From NCBI GenBank assembly GCA_041664265.1, contig JBAYLD010000001.1, positions 134,358-198,357 on the forward strand: DNA of 64,000 nt, read 5' to 3'. This DNA comes from Minisyncoccota bacterium (GTDB lineage Bacteria > Patescibacteriota > Minisyncoccia > Phycocordibacterales > Phycocordibacteraceae). Both the position numbers and the translations under genes were made by a program. Below the pieces are notes generated by a model. The model was not told the origin of the DNA. It did no database searches and was given only the letters and a program-made list of their open reading frames with translations. Each line of letters begins with the position of its first letter. The first letter of the stretch is position 1. Below, in pieces: positions 49,624-57,738 of this stretch.

Positions 49624-50031
49624 ACCCTTGAACGTACCCCCCCCCGGACGATTCCGCAAGAAAAACTCGTGGCGGTCGTGTTGAAACTGAAAGAGACATA
49701 CCTTGCGTGGCAGATGGCGCTCCCACATGTCGCAAAAGCTCGACGGCAAACAATAGCCGCGCGCATTGACGGGGCACTTCTCGACACACTTGAATACGCA
49801 TTTCGAGCCGAATATCTCTCGGGACTGCTGAAAATTAAAGCAATCGAGGTATCAATCGAGAGACTCGATGTAGCCAAATTCTTTTTGCTGGTCGGATGGG
49901 AAAGCGATGCCATTACGAACGATCAGCATCTCCGTATAACGGGGCTTCTCATTGAGGCGAGCAAAATGCTCGTTGGTTGGAAGGCATATCTTGAAAAGAA
50001 AACTCCCGCGGATGAGGGCGGGAGAAAGTAA
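49600..50031 (+). CDS. avd: Avd-like accessory variability determinant (four-helix bundle)
   Basis: Helical 143-aa protein with Y..W....PH..K.RR.TI...I and E.SKMLVGW; sits between TR and RT. Confidence 0.75.
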   Translation: MGVTDSTHTLERTPPRTIPQEKLVAVVLKLKETYLAWQMALPHVAKARRQTIAARIDGALLDTLEYAFRAEYLSGLLKIKAIEVSIERLDVAKFFLLVGWESDAITNDQHLRITGLLIEASKMLVGWKAYLEKKTPADEGGRK

Positions 50032-50036
50032 GACCT

Positions 50037-50145
50037 GTTTCGGACGAGAAGGCGATTGTCGGCGTTCCAGCGATTGCCGTTGTCGAGGCTGTTGACGTTC
50101 GCGTTCCAACCGCGCCCATCGCGGTTGACGTTGCCAACCGAGACG
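50037..50145 (-). repeat. DGR template repeat (TR)
   Basis: 109-bp repeat of the VR with ten AAY codons in the target frame; intergenic. Confidence 0.95.
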
Positions 50146-50352
50146 CTTCGTACTGCACACCATCCATGACACCTACGACGGCCACTGTCTTTCGAATACT
50201 CTCCAGACTGAATCTTGTTTGGGACATTACAGCCCGCCAGTGTGCGGCACCAACTTGTATTTCTTTTTTCGGGTGTTTCTTACCCGGAACCTCGCCACCT
50301 CAAGTCAAGCGTACTGCTTAGCCGGAAATGCCAGCGTGTTCGGATAAAAGTA

Positions 50353-50384
50353 TACCCCACACTTGAGTGATCGAGTGTGGGGTA
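50353..50384. other. Hairpin/cruciform downstream of the VR (putative retrohoming signal)
   Basis: taccccacacttga-gtga-tcgagtgtggggta, a 14-bp stem with one G-T pair. Confidence 0.7.
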
Positions 50385-50415
50385 CTACTGAAATTCAGAA
50401 TACAGAGACCAAGTG

Positions 50416-51120
50416 TCAGAGTTTCTGAGTGTCCAAGTTGCGGACGAGAAGGCGATAGTCGGCGCTCCAGCGATAGCCGCGGCCGAGGCTGCGGACGCCC
50501 GCGCCCCAACCGCGCCCATCGCGGCTGACGTAGCCGACCGAGACGGGATTCTTTGGATTTCCGGTCTCAATGAAGAAGAAATTCCCATACCCGTCGGTAC
50601 GCATCCCGGTCTCCTCACTTTTCTCGGTCTTCTCGACCATTTCTTCTGCCTCCGCAAGAGTCATGGTGTGACCTTGCTTGATGAGGTACTCACCGATAGT
50701 CGCGACATCCGTGTTTGTGTCGATACCGATGATACCGAGAACGGCAACGGCGGCCTCAATGAATGTCCACTCTCGCGAGGGAGCCAGGGTTGTAATGGTG
50801 CAGGCATCGGCGTTCGGCTGATCGGCAGGGAGCCAATTGTCGAAGTCGCTGTCGCGATACGTCCACCGCGAACCTGTGAAGCATTTCTTCGTTTTCTTTT
50901 CCTTAATCGCGGCGAGGCTAGTCGTTGCGCTTACGGAGAATAACGGATCGTGTTTCGCCGGCGGTACAGGCACGCTTTCCTTTTTCACAAACGGCTCTTC
51001 ACGACGAAGAAAGCGTTTTGCCTCCTCCTCGCTAATCGAACCGTTGTGAAGCTTTGTGACGAAATCCAGTGTGATACCGAAACGATCGCTCGCTTGGGTT
51101 CCCGAGCATGTTTCTAACAT
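50416..51120 (-). CDS. DGR target protein with a C-terminal variable region
   Basis: SD aaggag; C-terminus VSVGYVSRDGRGWGAGVRSLGRGYRWSADYRLLVRN is encoded by the VR. Confidence 0.9.
   Translation of the reverse strand: MLETCSGTQASDRFGITLDFVTKLHNGSISEEEAKRFLRREEPFVKKESVPVPPAKHDPLFSVSATTSLAAIKEKKTKKCFTGSRWTYRDSDFDNWLPADQPNADACTITTLAPSREWTFIEAAVAVLGIIGIDTNTDVATIGEYLIKQGHTMTLAEAEEMVEKTEKSEETGMRTDGYGNFFFIETGNPKNPVSVGYVSRDGRGWGAGVRSLGRGYRWSADYRLLVRNLDTQKL
50437..50545 (-). repeat. DGR variable repeat (VR)
   Basis: Matches the TR at an offset of exactly 400 bp; 16 mismatches, 15 of them at TR adenines. Confidence 0.95.
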
Positions 51121-51212
51121 AGTCAGTCTCCTTTCTTTGATTGAGGTTGCCCGTGCCGGTTAGCACGCGCGAAGCCCTATATCTGCAACAGAATCAAAGT
51201 GCTTCTGGTCGT

Positions 51213-51242
51213 ATTATACGCATACTCTTAACGATTCGTCAA
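51213..51242 (-). promoter_or_regulatory. Sigma70-type promoter for the DGR target gene
   Basis: TTGACG-18 nt-TATAAT on the minus strand. Confidence 0.6.
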
Positions 51243-51275
51243 GGGGTACACAGGAAGCGCTTCTCGCAAGGCGCA

Positions 51276-53654
51276 CTATACAATCTCGCAGGTGCCGCCG
51301 GCGCAGGCGAGTTCTCGCTTCATATCCGATTCATCCTGCCGCTCATACGCAATAAGCTTAGAATAATCCACCCTCGGGAATCGGGTCATGCGCGCTTCAT
51401 ATTCTTCTTTCGTAATTGCCTCATAGGGCGCGAGGCGATACACGTGGTTGGCGCGCGGGAGGAACGAGAGCCCGCCGATAATCTCCCAATTCTTTTGTAT
51501 CCAATCAACGACACCGATCCATTCATCTTCGCTCACCGAGATGGTCGCCGAAGGGTTGTGTTCGGTGAAGTTCACTTTCACCCTCTTCCAGTACTCGAGC
51601 TGTTCGAGCGCCGAGAGGTCATCCTTGAATCGCGCCTCTTTAGAATGGTCGGGCGCCTTGACCGGGAACTCGAACACGAAGGTATTCGCCTCCTCCATCG
51701 ACTGCCCCACTTCTGGATAGTAGGGTACACCCTGATCGCGCATCAGCTTAAAGAGCGAGTCAGTCGCACTAATGCGGACGCGACGAATGTAGTAGGGCGC
51801 GTGACGCGGATGGATGCCCGAGGCGCAGTTGAAGGTCTGCGAGACCGTACCCGAGGGTTTGACCGCCGTCACCGAAAGCGAGCGCTCGATACTGAAGCGT
51901 TTTGCGTAGGTCACATTCGTCTTCACTGCCATATCGCGCACCTTGCGCATCACCTCTGGTTGTCGGGCGGCCGGCGAGTCCCACTGCCCAGTGATCGAGA
52001 CGCCGAGGAGACGCTCTGCACGGCAATGGTCAGTCCACTCTTTCGAAATGTAGCCAAATTTTGTGAGGGTCGACTGATAGGTGCCGAGGATCGCCGCGAG
52101 GCGCGCCTTGCGAAGGAGCGAGGCCTCCGTGTCCGGCGCACGCGCGATGATTTCCGAAAGATTACAAAATTGCTTCGATTGCAAGATAATCTCGGCGCAT
52201 GGGTTGGCGCCGATCGAGCCGCGAACAACACCGTCCTCGCCGATAAAGCCAACCTTCTTGAAGTGCTCGACGCGACGCTTCGGCATCGTGACCGCGAGCG
52301 AACCGCGGTTGAAGATGCCCCGCTCCCCGGAACCGCTCTTCATAAGCGCGACCCATTCGTCCATCAGCTCGGCATTGGTCGGCTGCATCTCGTAGACGGC
52401 AGAATTGTTCGCCACCGAGCGGTGCGGATCGGTCATATAGAATTGGCCCTTCTTGGCGTCGCGCATCTCGATATCATCAAGGTCAGAGAGCGAGATCATC
52501 GCGGTACGGCGGACGCCACCGGCGACCACGCATTCACCTATCTTACAGATGATGTCATGCGCATCAATAGTGCGGAGGCGGCGACCCTGGCGTGCGAGGA
52601 CGCGCTCCCGTGCAAAAGCGAGTAACGAACGCAGCGGCTCAGGGCCGCTCGCCTTCCCCCCCATCGTCTTCAAGCGCGCACCCGCAGGGCGCACCTTAGC
52701 GAAGTCGAAATTGACGTCCTTCCCGGCATACCAGGTCTGGAGGCCAAAGGTGAGCGCATCGCACCATCCCTCCTTCGAATCGGCGACGACGTGGGTCGGC
52801 AACTTCTGCCCTTTTTGCTTCATAATCTGCGGGAGCTGTTCGATGTTCTGACTCTCAACTGCGAAGCCGACGCCGCAACCCTGCATCGAGAGATACATGA
52901 TCTCGGCGAAGTCCTCGAGCTTCACGGGCGCGGTGAAGGTGCAGTTATAGGCACAGGTGTTGCAGCGGCGCGCCGCCTCGCCCGAAAATTGCATAAGGCG
53001 CATCGAAGGCATCACCTCCTGCTTCAAGATACCCATGCGCACCTCGGCATACTCTTTTTCAGTCAATTTGTTGCCGAGATTTTCGCGCATGAAGCTCACG
53101 TAGCGATCGACCGTCTCTACCCAGGTCTCGCGCCGACCCTCTTCGGGGATCCATTTTGCATACGTGCGCAGATAAACGAACTCACCAAGCGCATTGCCTG
53201 CAAAATACTTTTTGCTCTCTGCGGCAAGCTCGCGCACCCGCTCGGGAATCTCGACATGCGCTGCGCGTAGCTGTGCGCGCTTGTCGCGATAGAGGATGTA
53301 CGCCTTTGCCGTTTTCACATAATCATTGAGGATGAGATACTTCTCGACCGAGTCTTGCATGCCCTCGACCGTCGGGAGGAAGCCCTTATACTTCTTCGCG
53401 AATCGCCCAAGCTCGCCAGCCACCTGATGCGCTACAAGCACTGCATCATCTTGGCTGCCCTCTTCTGCTGCGGCCATCGCCTTCCAGATGGCGGCGGCAA
53501 TCTTATCAAAATCAAACGATACCAGCCGCCCATCTCGCTTCTCGACTTGCGGGATCATCTCACGATACCGTTGCGTCTCTTTTGAGATCGGCGCCTCCGC
53601 TGCGCGCGCGACCTTCGGGTGAACAGCAACGGAAACAGGGGCGGTTTTTGGCAT
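51276..53654 (-). CDS. nrdJ: Class II (B12-dependent) ribonucleotide reductase with an N-terminal ATP cone
   Basis: VEKRDGR ATP cone, VYLRTY, AYNC, GGVRRTA, GANPCAEI, VKPSGT, C-terminal CAGGTCEI. Confidence 0.9.
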   Translation of the reverse strand: MPKTAPVSVAVHPKVARAAEAPISKETQRYREMIPQVEKRDGRLVSFDFDKIAAAIWKAMAAAEEGSQDDAVLVAHQVAGELGRFAKKYKGFLPTVEGMQDSVEKYLILNDYVKTAKAYILYRDKRAQLRAAHVEIPERVRELAAESKKYFAGNALGEFVYLRTYAKWIPEEGRRETWVETVDRYVSFMRENLGNKLTEKEYAEVRMGILKQEVMPSMRLMQFSGEAARRCNTCAYNCTFTAPVKLEDFAEIMYLSMQGCGVGFAVESQNIEQLPQIMKQKGQKLPTHVVADSKEGWCDALTFGLQTWYAGKDVNFDFAKVRPAGARLKTMGGKASGPEPLRSLLAFARERVLARQGRRLRTIDAHDIICKIGECVVAGGVRRTAMISLSDLDDIEMRDAKKGQFYMTDPHRSVANNSAVYEMQPTNAELMDEWVALMKSGSGERGIFNRGSLAVTMPKRRVEHFKKVGFIGEDGVVRGSIGANPCAEIILQSKQFCNLSEIIARAPDTEASLLRKARLAAILGTYQSTLTKFGYISKEWTDHCRAERLLGVSITGQWDSPAARQPEVMRKVRDMAVKTNVTYAKRFSIERSLSVTAVKPSGTVSQTFNCASGIHPRHAPYYIRRVRISATDSLFKLMRDQGVPYYPEVGQSMEEANTFVFEFPVKAPDHSKEARFKDDLSALEQLEYWKRVKVNFTEHNPSATISVSEDEWIGVVDWIQKNWEIIGGLSFLPRANHVYRLAPYEAITKEEYEARMTRFPRVDYSKLIAYERQDESDMKRELACAGGTCEIV

Positions 53655-53743
53655 GAACGGCAGACAGTTAAGCTAATAGCATGGCACACTCTCCATTAGC
53701 ATTAGTGTACTCCTGCGTTTGTAAAAATGCGCTGTGGACAGTG

Positions 53744-54226
53744 CTACTCTGAAACGCGCTTGAAATTTTTCAACACGAGCGGTGTGCCCTGCTCAATGTT
53801 CTGCGAGCGCGCAAATCCCGCAGCAGTCTCAAGGACATATCGCGCCGGCGCCGATGGGTAAAAGACATTTGGATAGGTGGACGTCGCGACGTCTTCCTTA
53901 ACGGACACGACGTTCCCGTCAGAATCAAGCCAGAAGATGTCGATCGGCACGAGCATATCCTTCATCCATATGCCGTAATAGTCATCTTCTATAAAGACGA
54001 ACAGCATCCCATAGTTGCTTGGGAGGCTTTCTCGGCCCCCCAGACCCTTCTCTCGTGCGGTTGTCGTTGTTGCATACTCAAGCTTCAAGGACACCCCGCC
54101 AAACTCTGCGGTTGGCCTCTCTGACGCCGCCGGCTCCGCCGGCGGCGTTGATGTCCTATAGACAAAAAATATCGCCCCGCTCACCGCAACAGCTATGAGA
54201 AACACTCCATACAAATACCGCATCAT
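53744..54226 (-). CDS. DUF192 family protein
   Basis: REKGL..R, GMLFVF, IWMKDM..PIDIFW, YVLE. Confidence 0.85.
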   Translation of the reverse strand: MMRYLYGVFLIAVAVSGAIFFVYRTSTPPAEPAASERPTAEFGGVSLKLEYATTTTAREKGLGGRESLPSNYGMLFVFIEDDYYGIWMKDMLVPIDIFWLDSDGNVVSVKEDVATSTYPNVFYPSAPARYVLETAAGFARSQNIEQGTPLVLKNFKRVSE

Positions 54227-54249
54227 ACCCTCGATGTATCACGACAACA

Positions 54250-55482
54250 TTAGTCCTTGATCCGGCCGCGGAGTTTTTCTGCGGTGAGAATTCGCTCGAT
54301 GGCGAGAATGTAGGCAGATTGGCGGAGTGTAATCGCCCCCACCCGTTCCTCATAGAGATGGCAGACACGGTCCCACGTATCCCACATCTTCTTTACAAGC
54401 AACTTGCGGAGGTATTCTTCTTCAAGAATCTGCCCCGTTCGGTTCTGTGCCCATTCAAAGTAGCTCACGATGACCCCGCCTGAGTTCGCCACAATATCAG
54501 GAATGACCATTATCTCGTTCTTCGCTAAGATACCATCAGCCTCATAGGTAATCGGACCATTCGCGAGCTCGATGATATGGCTCGCTTTAATCTTTGCCGC
54601 ATTATCTTTGGTGATCTGATTCTCGAGTGCCGCGAGGACTAGGATGTCGGTCGGTAACTCCAACAGTTCGGCATTGGTGATCTTCTTACCGGAGGTATAT
54701 TCGCCGACCTGCTGACAGTTCTTTTTTAGCGCGATGAGCGCTGGGATATCTAGCCCAGCTTCGTCATAAATCCCGCCCTTACTATCAGAAACAGCGACGA
54801 TCTTGAAACCGTCTTCGTATAGCTTCTGGGTCATGAAGAGTCCGGCATTGCCGAACCCTTGGACAACTACTCGTAAATTCTCGCGGCCCGTTAAAAAAGT
54901 GTCGACCATCTTCTTCGCGATCAGATACCCGCCTTGAGCGGTCGCATCGCCACGCATCGCGATACCGCCGAGCTCGACCGGCTTCCCTGTGATCATCCCC
55001 GGCTCATGATGTTCAACCCGCTTCTCGAATTCATCGAGCATCCAAGACATAATCTGACCGTCGGTGTAGACATCGGGGGCCGGAATATCCTTGTCCTGCC
55101 CGAGGTAGCGGCAAAATGCATCAACATATTTTCGGCTCACCTCTTCAAGTTCCGCCCTATCAGCCGCCTTTGGGTCGAAGGCGACACCGCCCTTGGCGCC
55201 GCCATATGGGATGCCCGCCAACGAATTCTTCAACGCCATCCAGAAGGCAAGCGACTTCACTTCGTCTTCATTCACGTCTGGATGGAAGCGGATACCGCCC
55301 TTGCCGGGGCCAAGCGCCCGGTTATAAATAATCCGCCACGCGGGATACCGCTTCCCTTTGACGCTTAATTCAGAATAGTTAACCTGCACCGGGTCAAGGA
55401 GCACCGCCATGTCGGCGTCGCTAATATGCTCTATCCCCTGCACATCCTTCAAACGCTTCAGGTTATCTTCAGAAATGCTCAT
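54250..55482 (-). CDS. gdhA: Glu/Leu/Phe/Val dehydrogenase (glutamate dehydrogenase)
   Basis: GPGKGGIRFHP, GGAKGG, DIPAPD, TGKP, QGFGNAG, ELANGP. Confidence 0.9.
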   Translation of the reverse strand: MSISEDNLKRLKDVQGIEHISDADMAVLLDPVQVNYSELSVKGKRYPAWRIIYNRALGPGKGGIRFHPDVNEDEVKSLAFWMALKNSLAGIPYGGAKGGVAFDPKAADRAELEEVSRKYVDAFCRYLGQDKDIPAPDVYTDGQIMSWMLDEFEKRVEHHEPGMITGKPVELGGIAMRGDATAQGGYLIAKKMVDTFLTGRENLRVVVQGFGNAGLFMTQKLYEDGFKIVAVSDSKGGIYDEAGLDIPALIALKKNCQQVGEYTSGKKITNAELLELPTDILVLAALENQITKDNAAKIKASHIIELANGPITYEADGILAKNEIMVIPDIVANSGGVIVSYFEWAQNRTGQILEEEYLRKLLVKKMWDTWDRVCHLYEERVGAITLRQSAYILAIERILTAEKLRGRIKD

Positions 55483-55580
55483 GTTCTGTGTCTGTTATTA
55501 CGCGTGTAACACGCCCCATCTTTCAAAGTATATACCAAAATAGAGAAAGGCGCGGATGGTGGCATCCGCGCCTTTTGGGA

Positions 55581-56009
55581 TCATATCCCGATTCTCGGGG
55601 CGTTCATGTATTCTTTTTCCCTCCTTCGCCTTTCGGTATACGAGGGCTTCACGAGAGCCACCGGGGAACCCAAGTAACAGATCACCCGTCCTTTCTTCCT
55701 GCACCCATCAGTGGAGCAGGCTCCATATCTTGCCCCTCGACATCCGTTCCTTTTCCGGGATCCGAGTACAGTCACCTCTGTGCGACAGACTTCACATCGA
55801 ATCTCGGAACTTTCTACTTCTTGATAAGACACCTCCTTCCCTTTTTCAGAACACTCCTTATTTGTGCAGCTAGCGTACACGGCCTTTCTCAACTTTTCTG
55901 TTTTCTCGCGAGCCCCGTGTACGTCAACCTTGTGCCCGCAGACCCTACAATGCTCAACGAGCTCTTTCATACACTGTTCCAAAAACCCTTTCTTCGCTTT
56001 GGTACTCAC
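55581..56009 (-). CDS. Cys-rich hypothetical protein with two zinc-ribbon-like repeats
   Basis: CRVC...CTNKECSEKG and CEVC...CSTDGCRKKG. Confidence 0.5.
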   Translation of the reverse strand: MSTKAKKGFLEQCMKELVEHCRVCGHKVDVHGAREKTEKLRKAVYASCTNKECSEKGKEVSYQEVESSEIRCEVCRTEVTVLGSRKRNGCRGARYGACSTDGCRKKGRVICYLGSPVALVKPSYTERRRREKEYMNAPRIGI

Positions 56010-56064
56010 CCCCTTTCAAAGACCAGCTCTTTGTACTCTGGTTCTGCCGAGACTATACCATGGG

Positions 56065-56151
56065 CGGAGGCGGAGAGATTCGAACTCTCGAGACCCTTTC
56101 GAGCCTGCCGCCTTTCCAAGGCGGTGGAATAAACCGCTATCCGACGCCTCC
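56065..56151 (-). tRNA. tRNA-Ser(GGA)
   Basis: ggaggcg acceptor; ccgcc-ttGGAaa-ggcgg; long variable arm. Confidence 0.92.
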
Positions 56152-56181
56152 GTTCGTTCTGTTATAGCAGAAAAAACAAGA

Positions 56182-57093
56182 TTATGCCTGCGGGGCGAGG
56201 AGTGCTTTGATGCGATCGGGGATGGGCGGGTGGGTCGAAAACAATTTTCCCATCCAACCAGAACTACCCTTCCCGCCAGAGGCGGATGCGCCAAAAGGAT
56301 CGCCGATGAAGAGGTGCGCGGTCGCGAGGTTCGCCGAGCGCATCGGCGCGGTGTAGCTGCCTAATTTTTCTAGTGCTGAGGCGAGCCCTTCGGGGTAGCG
56401 GGTGAGCAACGCGCTTGAAGCATCAGCGAGGAACTCTCTCCGGCGCGAAATCGCGAGTTGGATCAGCTTCGCGGCTAAAGGAGCAAGAATGATTCCGACG
56501 ATCGCCAGAACCACAAAGAGCGCGTTCCCCTTCCCGCTGTCATCGCGCCGGCCCCCGCCCCAAAACGACATGCGCAGAAATATATCCGCGACGAGCGCGA
56601 TGAATCCAGCAAGTACGACGGCAACCGTCATAAGCAGAATATCGTTGTTCTTGATGTGCGAGAGCTCGTGGGCGATGACACCCTCAAGCTCGCTCCGACT
56701 CATCATCGCGAGCAGGCCGGTCGTCGCGGCTACGACCGCGTGTGCCTCGTCGCGACCAGTCGCGAAGGCGTTGGGCGCCGGATCGTCAACCACGTACAGC
56801 TTCGGCATCGGCAACCCCGCGGTCATGGCGAGATTCTCGGTGACCGTATAGAAGTCGAAGAACTCCTGCCGTGACGCTGGTCGTGCGTGATTCAGCGAGA
56901 GCACGAGCCTGTCGCTCGACCAATAGGCGTAGAAGTTAGTCGCGATAGCGATGGCTGCTGCTATAACTATGATAGCTGGGTCGCCGTAGTACCACGAGAT
57001 CGCATAGCCGACCGCCATAACGACGACCACGAACCCGAGCACCAGCGCCCATGTCCGGCGGATATTACTTGCACGCTGTTGATAGAGATCCAT
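56182..57093 (-). CDS. htpX: HtpX-family M48 zinc protease
   Basis: PNAFATG, AHELSH, SRRREFLAD, STHPP. Confidence 0.93.
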   Translation of the reverse strand: MDLYQQRASNIRRTWALVLGFVVVVMAVGYAISWYYGDPAIIVIAAAIAIATNFYAYWSSDRLVLSLNHARPASRQEFFDFYTVTENLAMTAGLPMPKLYVVDDPAPNAFATGRDEAHAVVAATTGLLAMMSRSELEGVIAHELSHIKNNDILLMTVAVVLAGFIALVADIFLRMSFWGGGRRDDSGKGNALFVVLAIVGIILAPLAAKLIQLAISRRREFLADASSALLTRYPEGLASALEKLGSYTAPMRSANLATAHLFIGDPFGASASGGKGSSGWMGKLFSTHPPIPDRIKALLAPQA

Positions 57094-57137
57094 ATAGTTG
57101 TGTCAAACACTCGGTGTTTGACAGATTCAGTATCGAA

Positions 57138-57716
57138 CTAGAATTGCACTTTGACCGGTTCGTTAGCTGCTTTATCTGACTCTGCAAGCTCGAAGAGATC
57201 CATCAGAGAGAAGCCGAATAGAGAGGCGATGATGTTGCCCGGGAATGACTGGATCGTGGTGTTGAGCGCCATCACGGTCGTGTTATAGAAGCGACGCGCG
57301 GCCTGGATCTTGTCTTCGGTATCGCCGAGCTCTTGCTGGAGCTGGAGGAAGTTCTGATTCGCTTTCAAATCCGGATACGCTTCTGAGACGGCAAAGAGCG
57401 TTTTTAAGGCGCCCGAGAGCTGATTCTCGGCCTGTACCTTGTCGGCAGTGCTGCCCGGCATCGAACTCGATGCCCCCATCGCAGCCGCACGCGCCTTGGT
57501 CACATTCTCAAACGCGCTTGATTCGTGTGCGGCATAACCCTTGACGGTCTCAACAAGATTCGGGATAAGGTCATAGCGGCGCTTCAACTGCACGGCGATA
57601 TCAGCCCATGCCTCCTTCGCGCGGTTGGTAAGCAACACGAGACGGTTAAAGGCGAACACGACCCAAAGCACGATTATGGCAACAAGAGCGAGAAGCACAA
57701 TGGTGGTGGTAGACAT
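57138..57716 (-). CDS. lemA: LemA family protein
   Basis: QLKRRYDLIPNLVETVKGYAAHE, YPDLKAN, ARRFYN. Confidence 0.95.
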   Translation of the reverse strand: MSTTTIVLLALVAIIVLWVVFAFNRLVLLTNRAKEAWADIAVQLKRRYDLIPNLVETVKGYAAHESSAFENVTKARAAAMGASSSMPGSTADKVQAENQLSGALKTLFAVSEAYPDLKANQNFLQLQQELGDTEDKIQAARRFYNTTVMALNTTIQSFPGNIIASLFGFSLMDLFELAESDKAANEPVKVQF

Positions 57717-57738
57717 ATCTAGAAGTATACTACAAAAA

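Larger units (their letters stand above)
48634..51242 (-). mobile_element. Diversity-generating retroelement (target-VR, TR, avd, RT)
   Basis: RT, Avd-like gene and a TR/VR pair with adenine-specific mismatches. Confidence 0.95.

Noticed and set aside
48634-49749. RT as a group II intron or retron enzyme
   Set aside because: No maturase or endonuclease extension and no intron ends. The SQ motif and an adenine-specific TR/VR pair indicate a DGR.
49852-50227. ORFs spanning the TR (49852-50172 and 49949-50227, minus strand)
   Set aside because: They are incidental frames over the non-coding template RNA and the antisense of avd, with no recognisable protein features.
51141-52625. Long antisense ORFs (e.g. 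51141-52625 +, 61427-62992 +, 16958-17956 -)
   Set aside because: These are shadow frames opposite well-supported genes (nrdJ, ftsH, HisRS-like), as expected in GC-rich coding DNA.
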